From contig JAVHLP010000001.1 of assembly GCA_031082145.1 (NCBI GenBank), positions 301,831 to 365,830 of the forward strand: a DNA stretch of 64,000 bases, written 5' to 3'. The stretch is from a bacterium. Lineage in GTDB: Bacteria > Bacillota > Sulfobacillia > UBA995. Positions 29,335-37,471 of the stretch are shown in pieces (the stretch's first letter is position 1; each line of letters opens with the position of its first letter). The position numbers and the translations under genes are program-made. A model generated the notes under the pieces. It was not told where the DNA came from and did not search any database. It saw only the letters and a list, made by a program, of their open reading frames with translations.

Positions 29335-30699
29335 CTAGGCCTCCCAGTAGCGGCGCGCATAGCCCAAGCGCCGGATGGCGTCCCGGAGTCCCAGCATGGC
29401 GGTGTAGGTCGGCAAGACGTAGAGCCGCCCACCCGGCCCGGGCCCTTGCAGGGCAACCCGCAGGGCGTCACCGAGGTCTGAGCACATCGTCACGCCCCGG
29501 TCCAGGCCCGCGTACTTGAGCCTCACGGCCATGGCCTCAGCCCGGGTGCCGGCCACCGTGACCCGATCGAGCCGGGCCCCTGCCACCAGGCGCTCAAAGT
29601 CCACGTCCCACAGCCAGGAGACATCGGTGCCGTCCGCGTACTTGTTATTGATGGCGATCAGGACGTCGGCGCAGTCGCCATCGCGCAGCAGGATGCGAAT
29701 GACCTCGTTGAACCCGGCGGGGTTCTTCACCAAGATCAGGAGGACTTCCCGGCCGTCTACGGCCAACCGCTCCATCCGGCCGAAGGAGGCGGTGAAGGCG
29801 GCCAACCCCTCTTCCACCGCCTGCCAGGGCAGATCCAGTGCATCGGAGCAGGCCACCGCGGCCAAGGCGTTGTAGACGTTGTACATGCCCGGCAGGGGTA
29901 CGGCCAACTCAACCGGTCCCCGGCCGGTACGGACGGCCAGCAGCGATCCCGCGCCGGCACCCCCCTGCCAGATGCCGGTGACGGCGATATCGGGGACCGG
30001 CCGGCCGTCGCCGCAACCGGGGCACCGGTAGTGCCCCAGGTGCCCGTAAGTGACTGCCAGGTACCGGAAAGGAAGCTCGCAACGGGAGCAGTAGCGGATC
30101 TCGCGGGCGGGGTGATGCTCGCCGGGATCGGCATCGGCCTCGACCCCGTAGAACGTGATCGGCCCCCGCCGGGCACCGGCCAAGCCGGCAACCAGCGGAT
30201 CGTCGGCGTTGAGGAGGGCCCAGGCCTTGTCGCCGAGCAGCTCGAGGCCCCGTCCCACCAGGGTTACGGTGTGATCCAGCTCCCCGAAGCGGTCGAGTTG
30301 ATCGCGGAAGAAGTTGGTGACGACAATCGCCCGGACCGGCATCTCCCTTACCACTCGAGCCACGCTGGCCTCATCCACCTCGGCGACACCGATCGCCGCC
30401 TTCATCCTCCCCCGCCAATCGCAGGCTTGCAGGTAGGTAGCAGTTATCCCCGAGATCAGGTTGGCGCCGCTGCGGTTGTGGACAACGGTCAGACCGGCCC
30501 GGTTGAGGATGCCGGTCAACATCAGCGCCGTGGTGGTCTTGCCGTTAGTGCCGGTTACCAGCACGGCCCCTGACCGGCACTGCCCGGACAGCCGGGCCAG
30601 GATGCGCGGATACAGGAACAACGCCACCCGGCCGGGCAGGTTGGAGCCGGCGTAGCCCAACGCACGGCAGAGCTTGATCAGGAGCTTGCTCAAGAGCAC
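29335..30699 (-). CDS. murT: Lipid II isoglutaminyl synthase ligase subunit MurT (Mur-ligase family with C-terminal DUF1727).
   Basis: TGTNGKTTT P-loop, Mur ligase central domain, Cys4 ribbon CSRCE...CPGCG, paired with gatD. GTG start at 30699. Confidence 0.8.
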   Translation of the reverse strand: MLLSKLLIKLCRALGYAGSNLPGRVALFLYPRILARLSGQCRSGAVLVTGTNGKTTTALMLTGILNRAGLTVVHNRSGANLISGITATYLQACDWRGRMKAAIGVAEVDEASVARVVREMPVRAIVVTNFFRDQLDRFGELDHTVTLVGRGLELLGDKAWALLNADDPLVAGLAGARRGPITFYGVEADADPGEHHPAREIRYCSRCELPFRYLAVTYGHLGHYRCPGCGDGRPVPDIAVTGIWQGGAGAGSLLAVRTGRGPVELAVPLPGMYNVYNALAAVACSDALDLPWQAVEEGLAAFTASFGRMERLAVDGREVLLILVKNPAGFNEVIRILLRDGDCADVLIAINNKYADGTDVSWLWDVDFERLVAGARLDRVTVAGTRAEAMAVRLKYAGLDRGVTMCSDLGDALRVALQGPGPGGRLYVLPTYTAMLGLRDAIRRLGYARRYWEA

Positions 30700-30758
30700 G
30701 ACCAGGCAGAAACGGATCAGGGGTGCACCCTCCCGATTTATGTCGACCGGCGCCTCCT

Positions 30759-30767
30759 ATTATAACA
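30759..30767 (-). promoter_or_regulatory. Extended -10 promoter upstream of murT.
   Basis: Minus strand TGTTATAAT (TGn plus perfect TATAAT), ~60 nt upstream of the murT GTG. Confidence 0.4.
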
Positions 30768-30833
30768 CAGGGTCTGGCCCGGTATGTGCCAACCAGCGGG
30801 CGCATAAGCAGTATATGGAAGGGAGGAGCGCCC

Positions 30834-31403
30834 ATGGAGCCTGCCGCTCCCCGCCCGCGCCCGGCCAGTGTGTTTTTCCGGCGCCTGGCTTTGTTCCTGC
30901 TCATCCTGGTCGTGGCCGGCACCGCCGCCGCCGGCGCGGTCCTGCTGGAGCGCGAGTTGAGACCTCCCCCGCCACCCGCCGCCGACCCGGACGCGGTGCG
31001 GCAACTGGAGGCGAAGCTGGCGGGGCTTATGCGAGCGTGGGAGGGTCTTGAGATCCGGGTAGCGCAGGTTGAGGCAACTTCTCCCCTCGCTGTCATCGCC
31101 GGCGGCGAACCGGGGGCTGAGACCGAGTTGAGGCTCGCCCTCCTGGAGGTACAGGCTCGGCTAATGAAGGCCCTCCTCGAGGCCTCTGGAGGCAATCGTG
31201 GCCGGGCTACCCGGGAACTCGAGTCGGTGGAGAGAGTCCTCGGCCGCGCTGCCGCCCTGCCGGGGATACCGGCGGCCTGGCGGGAAACCCTGGCCGCTCT
31301 GGGGCCGGAGGTGGCCCGGGCCCAGCTGGACCTGGCAGCGGGGCGCCTCTCCGGGCTGGACCGGCTTGAGCTAGTCTGGCACGAACTCGACGGGCTGGAC
31401 TGA
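30834..31403 (+). CDS. Hypothetical membrane-anchored protein (N-terminal TM then Ala/Leu-rich coiled region).
   Basis: ATG at 30834 with GGAAGGGAGGAG 6-8 nt upstream. FFRRLALFLLILVVAGTAAAGAVLL TM segment. No recognisable domain. Confidence 0.5.
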   Translation: MEPAAPRPRPASVFFRRLALFLLILVVAGTAAAGAVLLERELRPPPPPAADPDAVRQLEAKLAGLMRAWEGLEIRVAQVEATSPLAVIAGGEPGAETELRLALLEVQARLMKALLEASGGNRGRATRELESVERVLGRAAALPGIPAAWRETLAALGPEVARAQLDLAAGRLSGLDRLELVWHELDGLD

Positions 31404-31451
31404 GATCAAGCCGGCCTGAGGCGATGCAGCCCAAGGATGGCGCGAGCCGCA

Positions 31452-32258
31452 TCAGTCACGCGAACACTCATGATCAGGCCCCGGAGGCACCCCGCCCCGG
31501 CCCTCGAGAAAGGAGAAATCCCGCCGGACGCAGGCAGGGCAGCCGTCGGCTCGATCGAACTGGAGCGTCGCCAGGTACCCCTCCCAGACGTCCACGTGCT
31601 TGAGTGCGGTGTCGGTGGGTCCGGCCTTCCCCAAAAGCACCCTGAGGCCTTGTGCGGTCTCCAGGGCGGCCACCGCCGCCGGCGCCGGCCCCAGGATACC
31701 GACGGTCTCGCCTGACGGCAGGGTTCCCGGGGGTGGCGGATGGCTGACAAAACAGCGGAGGCAAGGCCCCTGCCCGGGCAGTACGGTGAAGGTCATCCCC
31801 AGGCTGGCCACGCAGGCCCCGTAGACCCAGGGGATTCCGAGCTTAAGACAGGCGTCGTTCAGGATGTAACGCGTCTCCAGGTTGTCGGTGCCATCGATCA
31901 CCACCCCCGCGCCACCCACCGTGGCCTCCACGGTGCCGCGATCCACGTATCGCACCAGGGGTTCGTACCTGAGCTGGGAGTTCACCAGGCCCAGGCGTCT
32001 GGCCGCCGCCACCGCCTTGGGCACCGAGTGCTGGCAGTCCTCCTCGGTATATAGGATCTGCCGCCCGAGATTGGACCATTCCACGACGTCCCCGTCCACC
32101 AGCCGGATGCAACCCACGCCGGCCCGGGCCAAGAGTTCGGCCACGCCACCCCCGAGTCCCCCCAGTCCCACGACTACCGCCGTCGCCGAGGCGAGGCGGG
32201 CCTGACCCTCAGGGCCGATGGGGGCGAACCGGACATGGCGGGAGTAGCGAGCTTCCAT
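31452..32258 (-). CDS. ThiF/MoeB/HesA-family E1-like adenylyltransferase.
   Basis: RYSRHVRFAPIGPEGQARL...VVGLGGLGG nucleotide-binding motif. C-terminal CLRCF...CPAC zinc motif. ATG at 32258 with AGGAG 9 nt upstream. Confidence 0.8.
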   Translation of the reverse strand: MEARYSRHVRFAPIGPEGQARLASATAVVVGLGGLGGGVAELLARAGVGCIRLVDGDVVEWSNLGRQILYTEEDCQHSVPKAVAAARRLGLVNSQLRYEPLVRYVDRGTVEATVGGAGVVIDGTDNLETRYILNDACLKLGIPWVYGACVASLGMTFTVLPGQGPCLRCFVSHPPPPGTLPSGETVGILGPAPAAVAALETAQGLRVLLGKAGPTDTALKHVDVWEGYLATLQFDRADGCPACVRRDFSFLEGRGGVPPGPDHECSRD

Positions 32259-32263
32259 TCCTC

Positions 32264-32713
32264 TCACTCCTGGTCGGCCCGGCGGCACTCCAGGCAGTAT
32301 CCGTAGAAGCGAAGGCTGTGGTCGATCACCTTGAAGCCGGTCTCGCGGGCCTCTTCCTCCAACTCCTCCAGCCCATCCGGCTCGAACTCCTGGATCTTCC
32401 CACACCTCAGGCAGATCAGGTGGTGGTGGAAGTGTCCGTCACCGGGCGGGCTCAGTTCATACTGGCTACGAACGGATCCGAAGTCCAGCTTCTGAAGGAT
32501 GCCCAGTTCGGCGAGAAGCTCGAGGGTGCGGTAGACGGTGGCCAGGCCGATGTCGGGGTGCCGGTCGCGCATGCGGGTGAATACGTCGTCGGCGCTCAGG
32601 TGCTCGCCCGGCCAGTCCAGGAAGAGACGGACGATGGCCTCCCGTTGCGGGGTAAGCCGGTACTCCCTCCGGGCCAGTTGCTCCTTGATCTCCCGCAGCC
32701 TCTTCTTCACCGC
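32264..32713 (-). CDS. Fur-family transcriptional regulator (PerR/Zur-like).
   Basis: LTPQREAIVRLF DNA-binding helix. HHH plus two CxxC pairs (HFHHHLICLRCGK...CLECR). The likely start is GTG at 32713 (AAGGGGG 7 nt upstream). The ORF-track TTG at 32752 is inside the -35 box. Confidence 0.8.
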   Translation of the reverse strand, partial: AVKKRLREIKEQLARREYRLTPQREAIVRLFLDWPGEHLSADDVFTRMRDRHPDIGLATVYRTLELLAELGILQKLDFGSVRSQYELSPPGDGHFHHHLICLRCGKIQEFEPDGLEELEEEARETGFKVIDHSLRFYGYCLECRRADQE

Positions 32714-32732
32714 CCGGCCCCCTTGCAGCCCC

Positions 32733-32752
32733 AGTATAGACGCAGCTGTCAA
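32733..32752 (-). promoter_or_regulatory. Sigma-A-type promoter for the fur-family gene, overlapping the stop codon of the upstream alpha/beta-hydrolase gene.
   Basis: Minus strand TTGACA (32752..32747), 18 nt, TATACT (32738..32733). A second TTGACA lies 4 nt further downstream. Confidence 0.45.
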
Positions 32753-33543
32753 GGCCTGTCAATTTCCGGCCTGATGAACTCCAGCACGGCCCGATCGAAG
32801 GATTCCGGCGCCAGGAGATTGGAGGGGTCTCCTCCTCCTTCCAGCACCTTCAAGGTGGCGCCGGGGATGCCGGAGGCTGTGGCCCGAGCCAGCCGCAGAG
32901 CGTAGGAGCCGAAGAGATCGCCGACCAACACCAAAGTGGGGGCCTTGATCCGGGGCAGTTGGTCCAGGACCGAGAACCGGCCGGCGCCGATGCGGATCGC
33001 CCGTAGGGTGGCCAGGCTGGACTCCTCCAGCCGCCGTTCGAAATAGCGGCGGACGAGTTCGTGCTCGGGCTTGCGGTAGACAAGACCAGGCGTCTTCTGC
33101 AGCATGGGCTTGGGGACCAACCGCAGGAGTAGCTCCGACAGCAGAGCGCCGAGGGGGGTGCCGCTACCCGTCTGGCCACTGAAGCTGTCGGCCAGGACCA
33201 GCTTCTCCACCTTCTCGGGGTAGTCCAGAGCGAACTGCTGGGCGACGGCGCCTCCCAGGCTGACCCCTACCAGGGCGGCCCTGGGGACGCCGAGATGGAC
33301 GAGCAGCGCCTCAAGATCGCCGGCGCAATCGGAGACGCGGAAGGCGCGGGTCGCGGATGAACGCCCGTGTCCCCGCAGCACGGGCACTATTGCCCTGAAC
33401 CCTTCTGACGGATAGCGGGCAATCTGAGGCCGCCACATCTCCTCGTCGGCCCCTAGCCCGTGCAGGAGCACGACCGGTGGCCGGTCCGGTTCGCCGTGGA
33501 CCTCGTAGTACAGCCTGATACCTTCACGGGCTTCAAGAAACAC
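32749..33543 (-). CDS. Alpha/beta-fold hydrolase.
   Basis: VVLLHGLGAD...GVSLGGAVAQ nucleophile elbow (GxSxG). 264 aa. Confidence 0.8.
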   Translation of the reverse strand: MFLEAREGIRLYYEVHGEPDRPPVVLLHGLGADEEMWRPQIARYPSEGFRAIVPVLRGHGRSSATRAFRVSDCAGDLEALLVHLGVPRAALVGVSLGGAVAQQFALDYPEKVEKLVLADSFSGQTGSGTPLGALLSELLLRLVPKPMLQKTPGLVYRKPEHELVRRYFERRLEESSLATLRAIRIGAGRFSVLDQLPRIKAPTLVLVGDLFGSYALRLARATASGIPGATLKVLEGGGDPSNLLAPESFDRAVLEFIRPEIDRP

Positions 33544-33556
33544 CGGGTTCTCCCGA

Positions 33557-34078
33557 TCAGCGGAGGGCGAGAGCCCCGAACACCAGCGCCCCGGCCACCA
33601 CCAGGGCCGGGTGCACCCCCGCTAGCTTTATGAGGGCCAGGCTGACGCCGCCGATCGCCAGAGCCGTCCAGTTCAGGCCCCGGGGCAGGAGATCCCAGAT
33701 CAAGAGGGCCAGCAGGACGATGACGACGGGTCGGATGGCCTGGAGCATGCCGCCGACCGCCGGGTGGTGCCGGAAGGCCAGGAAGGCACGGTACAGGACC
33801 AGCATGGCAATGACCGACGGCAGGACCATGCCCAGGAGGCCGGCCGTGGCGCCGGGTATGCCGGCCACGCGGTAGCCTATGAAAGCCGCCATCTTGGTGG
33901 CGATAGGACCGGGGAGGGCATTCCCCAACGCCAGTACCTCCACGAACTCGTCGGCGCTCAGCCAGCCGAAGTTGTCAACCGCTTCGATCTTGACCAAAGG
34001 GATGGATGAGGGGCCACCGCCGTAGCCCAGGACCCCCACCCGGGCCATGCCCAGGAACAAGTCCCAAAGAGCTCTCAT
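33557..34078 (-). CDS. Chromate transporter (ChrA) family protein, single half-size module.
   Basis: GVLGYGGGPSSIPL...NALPGP chromate-transporter repeat motif. Only one ~175-aa module is present. Confidence 0.65.
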   Translation of the reverse strand: MRALWDLFLGMARVGVLGYGGGPSSIPLVKIEAVDNFGWLSADEFVEVLALGNALPGPIATKMAAFIGYRVAGIPGATAGLLGMVLPSVIAMLVLYRAFLAFRHHPAVGGMLQAIRPVVIVLLALLIWDLLPRGLNWTALAIGGVSLALIKLAGVHPALVVAGALVFGALALR

Positions 34079-34085
34079 GCCGTCA

Positions 34086-35312
34086 TCACCCTCGTTCAGC
34101 CAATTCTGCCCCTTCGGGCTGTGACCGCCGCTGCCGGCCAACTCCCCGCAGTACGGGGACGAGTAGCGTTGCCGGCCCGAGAGCCAGGACGGTCAGCCCC
34201 AGGGCGGCGCCCAGGCCCAGGCTGTTGGCAAGCCAGCCGGTAGCGGCCACCCCCAGCCCGCCCACGCCGAACGTCAGACCCATCATCATCCCGGCCGCCA
34301 TCCCAGCGCTCCCCGGCAGCAACTCCTGGGCCAGGACGATAGACCCGGGAAAGGCGGCATGTAGAGCCGCTCCCGCCAGCGCGAGGGAGACAACCTGGAG
34401 CCCTCCCCCGGTCGCCAGGAAGCCGGTGAACGACGCCGCCGAGACCAGCCCCGACCACCATAAGACGGCGAGATTGCCGAAACGATCGTTGAGGATCCCG
34501 CCCACCACGACCCCGGCAACGCCCGCCAGCAGGTAGGCCGAGAGCAGAGCGGCGGCCCGGGTGGGGTCAGCCCCGGCGGCCATCAGGTACCAGACCAAGA
34601 AGGTAGTGAAGGCCGAAGCCACCCAATGCCTCAAGGCCATTATAGCCTGGAGCCAGGCGAGGGCGCGGTAGCACGCCGGCCCACCGGCCTGGCGGGGAAC
34701 AGCAGGACCGGCCGGGCCGGTGGCTGCCGCCCTCCCGGTGTAGAGCTTCCCGGCGGCCACCAGTAGACCGGGTACAAGAAGGAAGAGAGAGGACTGCAGG
34801 CCCACCCGCAGTACTAAAGGGACCGCCACCAGGGGCGCCAGGGCAAAGCCGAGACTGCCGCTGGCGGTGAAGGCAGACGTGGCCTTCGCCTTGTGGGCGG
34901 GGAACAACCGGCCTGCCCGCACCGAGCCCAAAGGGTGGAAGCAGGCAGATCCCAGGGCCGCCAGGAGAGCCACCAACACGAAGGCGGTGAAACTCCGCGT
35001 GAGCCCGAGCAGGGCGGTGAAGGCCGAAGTCCATAGCACACAGGCGGGCAGCAGTCCCCAGCCTCCCACCCGTTCACCGAGCCAACCCAGCAGCGGCTGG
35101 CTGAAAGATGAGACGGTAGTGACAACGGCAACCCCCGTTCCCGCCAGGGCCAAGCTCATGCCAAGGTGCTCGGCCATAAAGGGCAGGATCGGGGGCAGCC
35201 AGCCCATGCACAGATCCACCAGGAAATGACCGGCGGTTATGCTTGCCAGGCCCGCGAACGCAGATGAAGCCAATCGCTCCGTGGGCCTCACAGAGCTAGC
35301 ATTGATGGCCAC
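34086..35312 (-). CDS. MFS transporter.
   Basis: 12-TM pattern. 408 aa. Confidence 0.8.
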   Translation of the reverse strand: MAINASSVRPTERLASSAFAGLASITAGHFLVDLCMGWLPPILPFMAEHLGMSLALAGTGVAVVTTVSSFSQPLLGWLGERVGGWGLLPACVLWTSAFTALLGLTRSFTAFVLVALLAALGSACFHPLGSVRAGRLFPAHKAKATSAFTASGSLGFALAPLVAVPLVLRVGLQSSLFLLVPGLLVAAGKLYTGRAAATGPAGPAVPRQAGGPACYRALAWLQAIMALRHWVASAFTTFLVWYLMAAGADPTRAAALLSAYLLAGVAGVVVGGILNDRFGNLAVLWWSGLVSAASFTGFLATGGGLQVVSLALAGAALHAAFPGSIVLAQELLPGSAGMAAGMMMGLTFGVGGLGVAATGWLANSLGLGAALGLTVLALGPATLLVPVLRGVGRQRRSQPEGAELAERG

Positions 35313-35352
35313 GAACCTAGCATACCACGGGTCCGGGGGGGCGGCAAGGCGG

Positions 35353-35850
35353 CTACCCCTCGCCGGGCCCCCCCGTCCGGTACACTATGCTGACCCTGCG
35401 CGGTTCAGGGGGGCCCGACACGGGCCGGGGGGCTCGCGGCCGGGGACCCGGTGGCATGGGCGTCGGTGCCTCAGCGCGTTCCGGCGCCAGTCCCACGGGT
35501 TCCGGCGGAACGGGCGCCAGCGTCTTCCGCTCCGCAGCCGACTCCGGCTCCGGGGGGACGGGCGCCGGAACCTCACTCCCCTCGGCTGGAGGGACAGGCG
35601 CCGCCGCCGGCAGTGGCTCCCGGCGGACCGTACGCCGCTGGCAGCCGGCCACGGCCAGCAGGGGATCCAGGTGCAGCTCGTACACCGACACCCAGGCCAC
35701 CCTTCCCTCCTCCGTCTGCTCCTCGGACTCCCGCACCTCGACCCTGACCAGCCAGCCAGTCGGTTCAGGCAAGCAGTCGATGATGGTGCCTTCCTGACCG
35801 GTCAGGTTTAGCATGAACTCGCCTGACCGTCTGGCTATCTCCTGTTCCAC
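35353..35850 (-). CDS. Hypothetical protein with a compact N-terminal domain and a Pro/Glu-rich low-complexity tail.
   Basis: MEQEIARRSGEFMLNLTGQEGTIIDCLPEPTGWLVRVEV... then a PVPPEPESAAE/PVPPEPVGLAPE tail encoded by imperfect ~21-nt repeats. Confidence 0.5.
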   Translation of the reverse strand: MEQEIARRSGEFMLNLTGQEGTIIDCLPEPTGWLVRVEVRESEEQTEEGRVAWVSVYELHLDPLLAVAGCQRRTVRREPLPAAAPVPPAEGSEVPAPVPPEPESAAERKTLAPVPPEPVGLAPERAEAPTPMPPGPRPRAPRPVSGPPEPRRVSIVYRTGGPGEG

Positions 35851-35910
35851 TGCCTTCCCTCCGGTCCTCCAGGATCGCTCTCCACCATGCCTATGCCGCG
35901 GTTCCGGAAT

Positions 35911-36762
35911 TCAGGCCTCCCCGCCAGCGCCACCCCCTGCCAGCCGGCCGGCAACCAGGTCCTCGATGAACTGGGCTAGCCCGTGCCGATCATGGTCACC
36001 GATCACCACGTCCGCCCGGCGTTTTAGCTCAGGCTGAGCGTTACCCATGGCCACCCCGAGGCCGGCGAACTCCAGTAGATCCAGGTCGTTTAGGTGATCC
36101 CCCACCGCGACCACTTCGGCTGCGCTGAACCCTAAGTGCTGGCAGACGTACTGCAGCCCGGCGGTCTTGGTGGCCCCGTGAGGGTCCACCTGGTAGTGCC
36201 AGGTGCCGTTGTAATCGCGGAAGTGGTGAACCCGGACCCGCTCGAGATCCAGACGGGGTTCGGCCAGCCGGCGGGCACCGCGGACTGCTTCTTCGCCGTC
36301 GCGCACCACCACCCGGAGCGGCTCCCAGTCCAAATCGGCGGGGGAGGAGAGCCGGGCGGCGTTGGCGCCGGCAGCCGCGATGTAGGCCGCCGACTGGGGC
36401 CAGTCCGGATGCCGGGTGTAGAAGATGTCGGGCTCTCCCTTGTAGACAAGGCGGTAAGCGAAGACGCTGAGGTCTTCCCCGTTCCACATCCGCATTGTGT
36501 CACCGACCACTTCCCGGGGCATGGTGACGGATCGCAGGGGTCTGAGGGTCGCCGGGTCAACCACCAGGCCGCCGTTGAAAGCGACCAGCGGACAAGTCAG
36601 TTCCAGCGCTTGGGCTAGCCCGGCCATGGAGCGCGGGCGGCGGTTGCTCACCAGGCAGACTTCCAACCCGCTGCGGCGGGCCATTCTCACCGCCTCGCGC
36701 ACCCGCTCGGTGAGTCGACCCTGACCGTCAAGCAAGGTCCCGTCGACGTCGAGGGCGAGCAT
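35911..36762 (-). CDS. Cof-type HAD-IIB family hydrolase (sugar-phosphatase-like).
   Basis: LALDVDGTLL motif I, VSNR motif II region, GDHLNDLDLLEFAGLGVAMGNA motif III/IV. Confidence 0.8.
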   Translation of the reverse strand: MLALDVDGTLLDGQGRLTERVREAVRMARRSGLEVCLVSNRRPRSMAGLAQALELTCPLVAFNGGLVVDPATLRPLRSVTMPREVVGDTMRMWNGEDLSVFAYRLVYKGEPDIFYTRHPDWPQSAAYIAAAGANAARLSSPADLDWEPLRVVVRDGEEAVRGARRLAEPRLDLERVRVHHFRDYNGTWHYQVDPHGATKTAGLQYVCQHLGFSAAEVVAVGDHLNDLDLLEFAGLGVAMGNAQPELKRRADVVIGDHDRHGLAQFIEDLVAGRLAGGGAGGEA

Positions 36763-36770
36763 CCTATGTC

Positions 36771-37082
36771 CTACTCCGGTCCCCTCCCCCCGCACGGGCC
36801 CGCGCTGACGTCGCGCTCGACGGCCACGGCTTCCCAGTCAAAGCGGTAGACCTTTCCGAGCAGCCGCCTCCATTCGGTTTCCTCCGTCAGGCTGGACAGA
36901 TAGCCCGGTTTCTGGGTGGCCTTGCTGACCACTACTGCCGTCAACGATGGCCATCCGTTCTCCACGCACTGCTGGTGAACGGCCCACAAGACCCTGGGCA
37001 CCACCCGGCGGTGGGTGAGGATTCCCTGGGCCACTTCACCGTAGGTGATCAGGCCACCTATACGAGCGGTCGCGATTAGCAA
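36771..37082 (-). CDS. Hypothetical small protein (103 aa).
   Basis: Non-overlapping tandem arrangement with the HAD gene, and reasonable codon usage (ITYGEVAQGI...WPSLTAVVVSKATQKPG). No family assignment possible. Confidence 0.35.
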   Translation of the reverse strand: MLIATARIGGLITYGEVAQGILTHRRVVPRVLWAVHQQCVENGWPSLTAVVVSKATQKPGYLSSLTEETEWRRLLGKVYRFDWEAVAVERDVSAGPCGGRGPE

Positions 37083-37350
37083 GCGGATTGTCCCCGGAAG
37101 CAGAGATTGAATCGTTGCCAGAGCACTACCTCCCCAGGTTCGGCTAAGAGCAAGCGGCGGTTCCGACGTGAGTTCTCACCGGCAGAACAGCGCACTTGAC
37201 GGTGACGATGGGCGGGATTCTGCGCCGAGGTGAAAACCCCTGTCACCGGCGAAGCCGCCCTTGTCTGCACCGGATAAGTCCTCTCCGGCCACAACCCTTA
37301 CCACTTGCGACGCCCCACTGTCGCCATCCGGATTCCGGCCGAGGTTCTGC

Positions 37351-37379
37351 TTGCCCCGGGACCCGGGACGTGGTAGAAT
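37351..37379 (+). promoter_or_regulatory. Candidate extended -10 promoter for the DEAD-box helicase gene.
   Basis: TTGCCC (37351..37356), 17 nt, TG-n-TAGAAT (37371..37379), ~90 nt upstream of the ATG at 37472. Confidence 0.35.
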
Positions 37380-37471
37380 GGGTGGCAAAGCAGAGCGCTG
37401 ACCGTCAGTAGAGGCGTCGGCATTTGGCTGGCGCTTCGTTGCTTTGCGGATACTCATTGCGAGGTGCCTTG

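Noticed and set aside
27943-29481. 512-aa plus-strand ORF
   Set aside because: Antisense to trxB and gatD.
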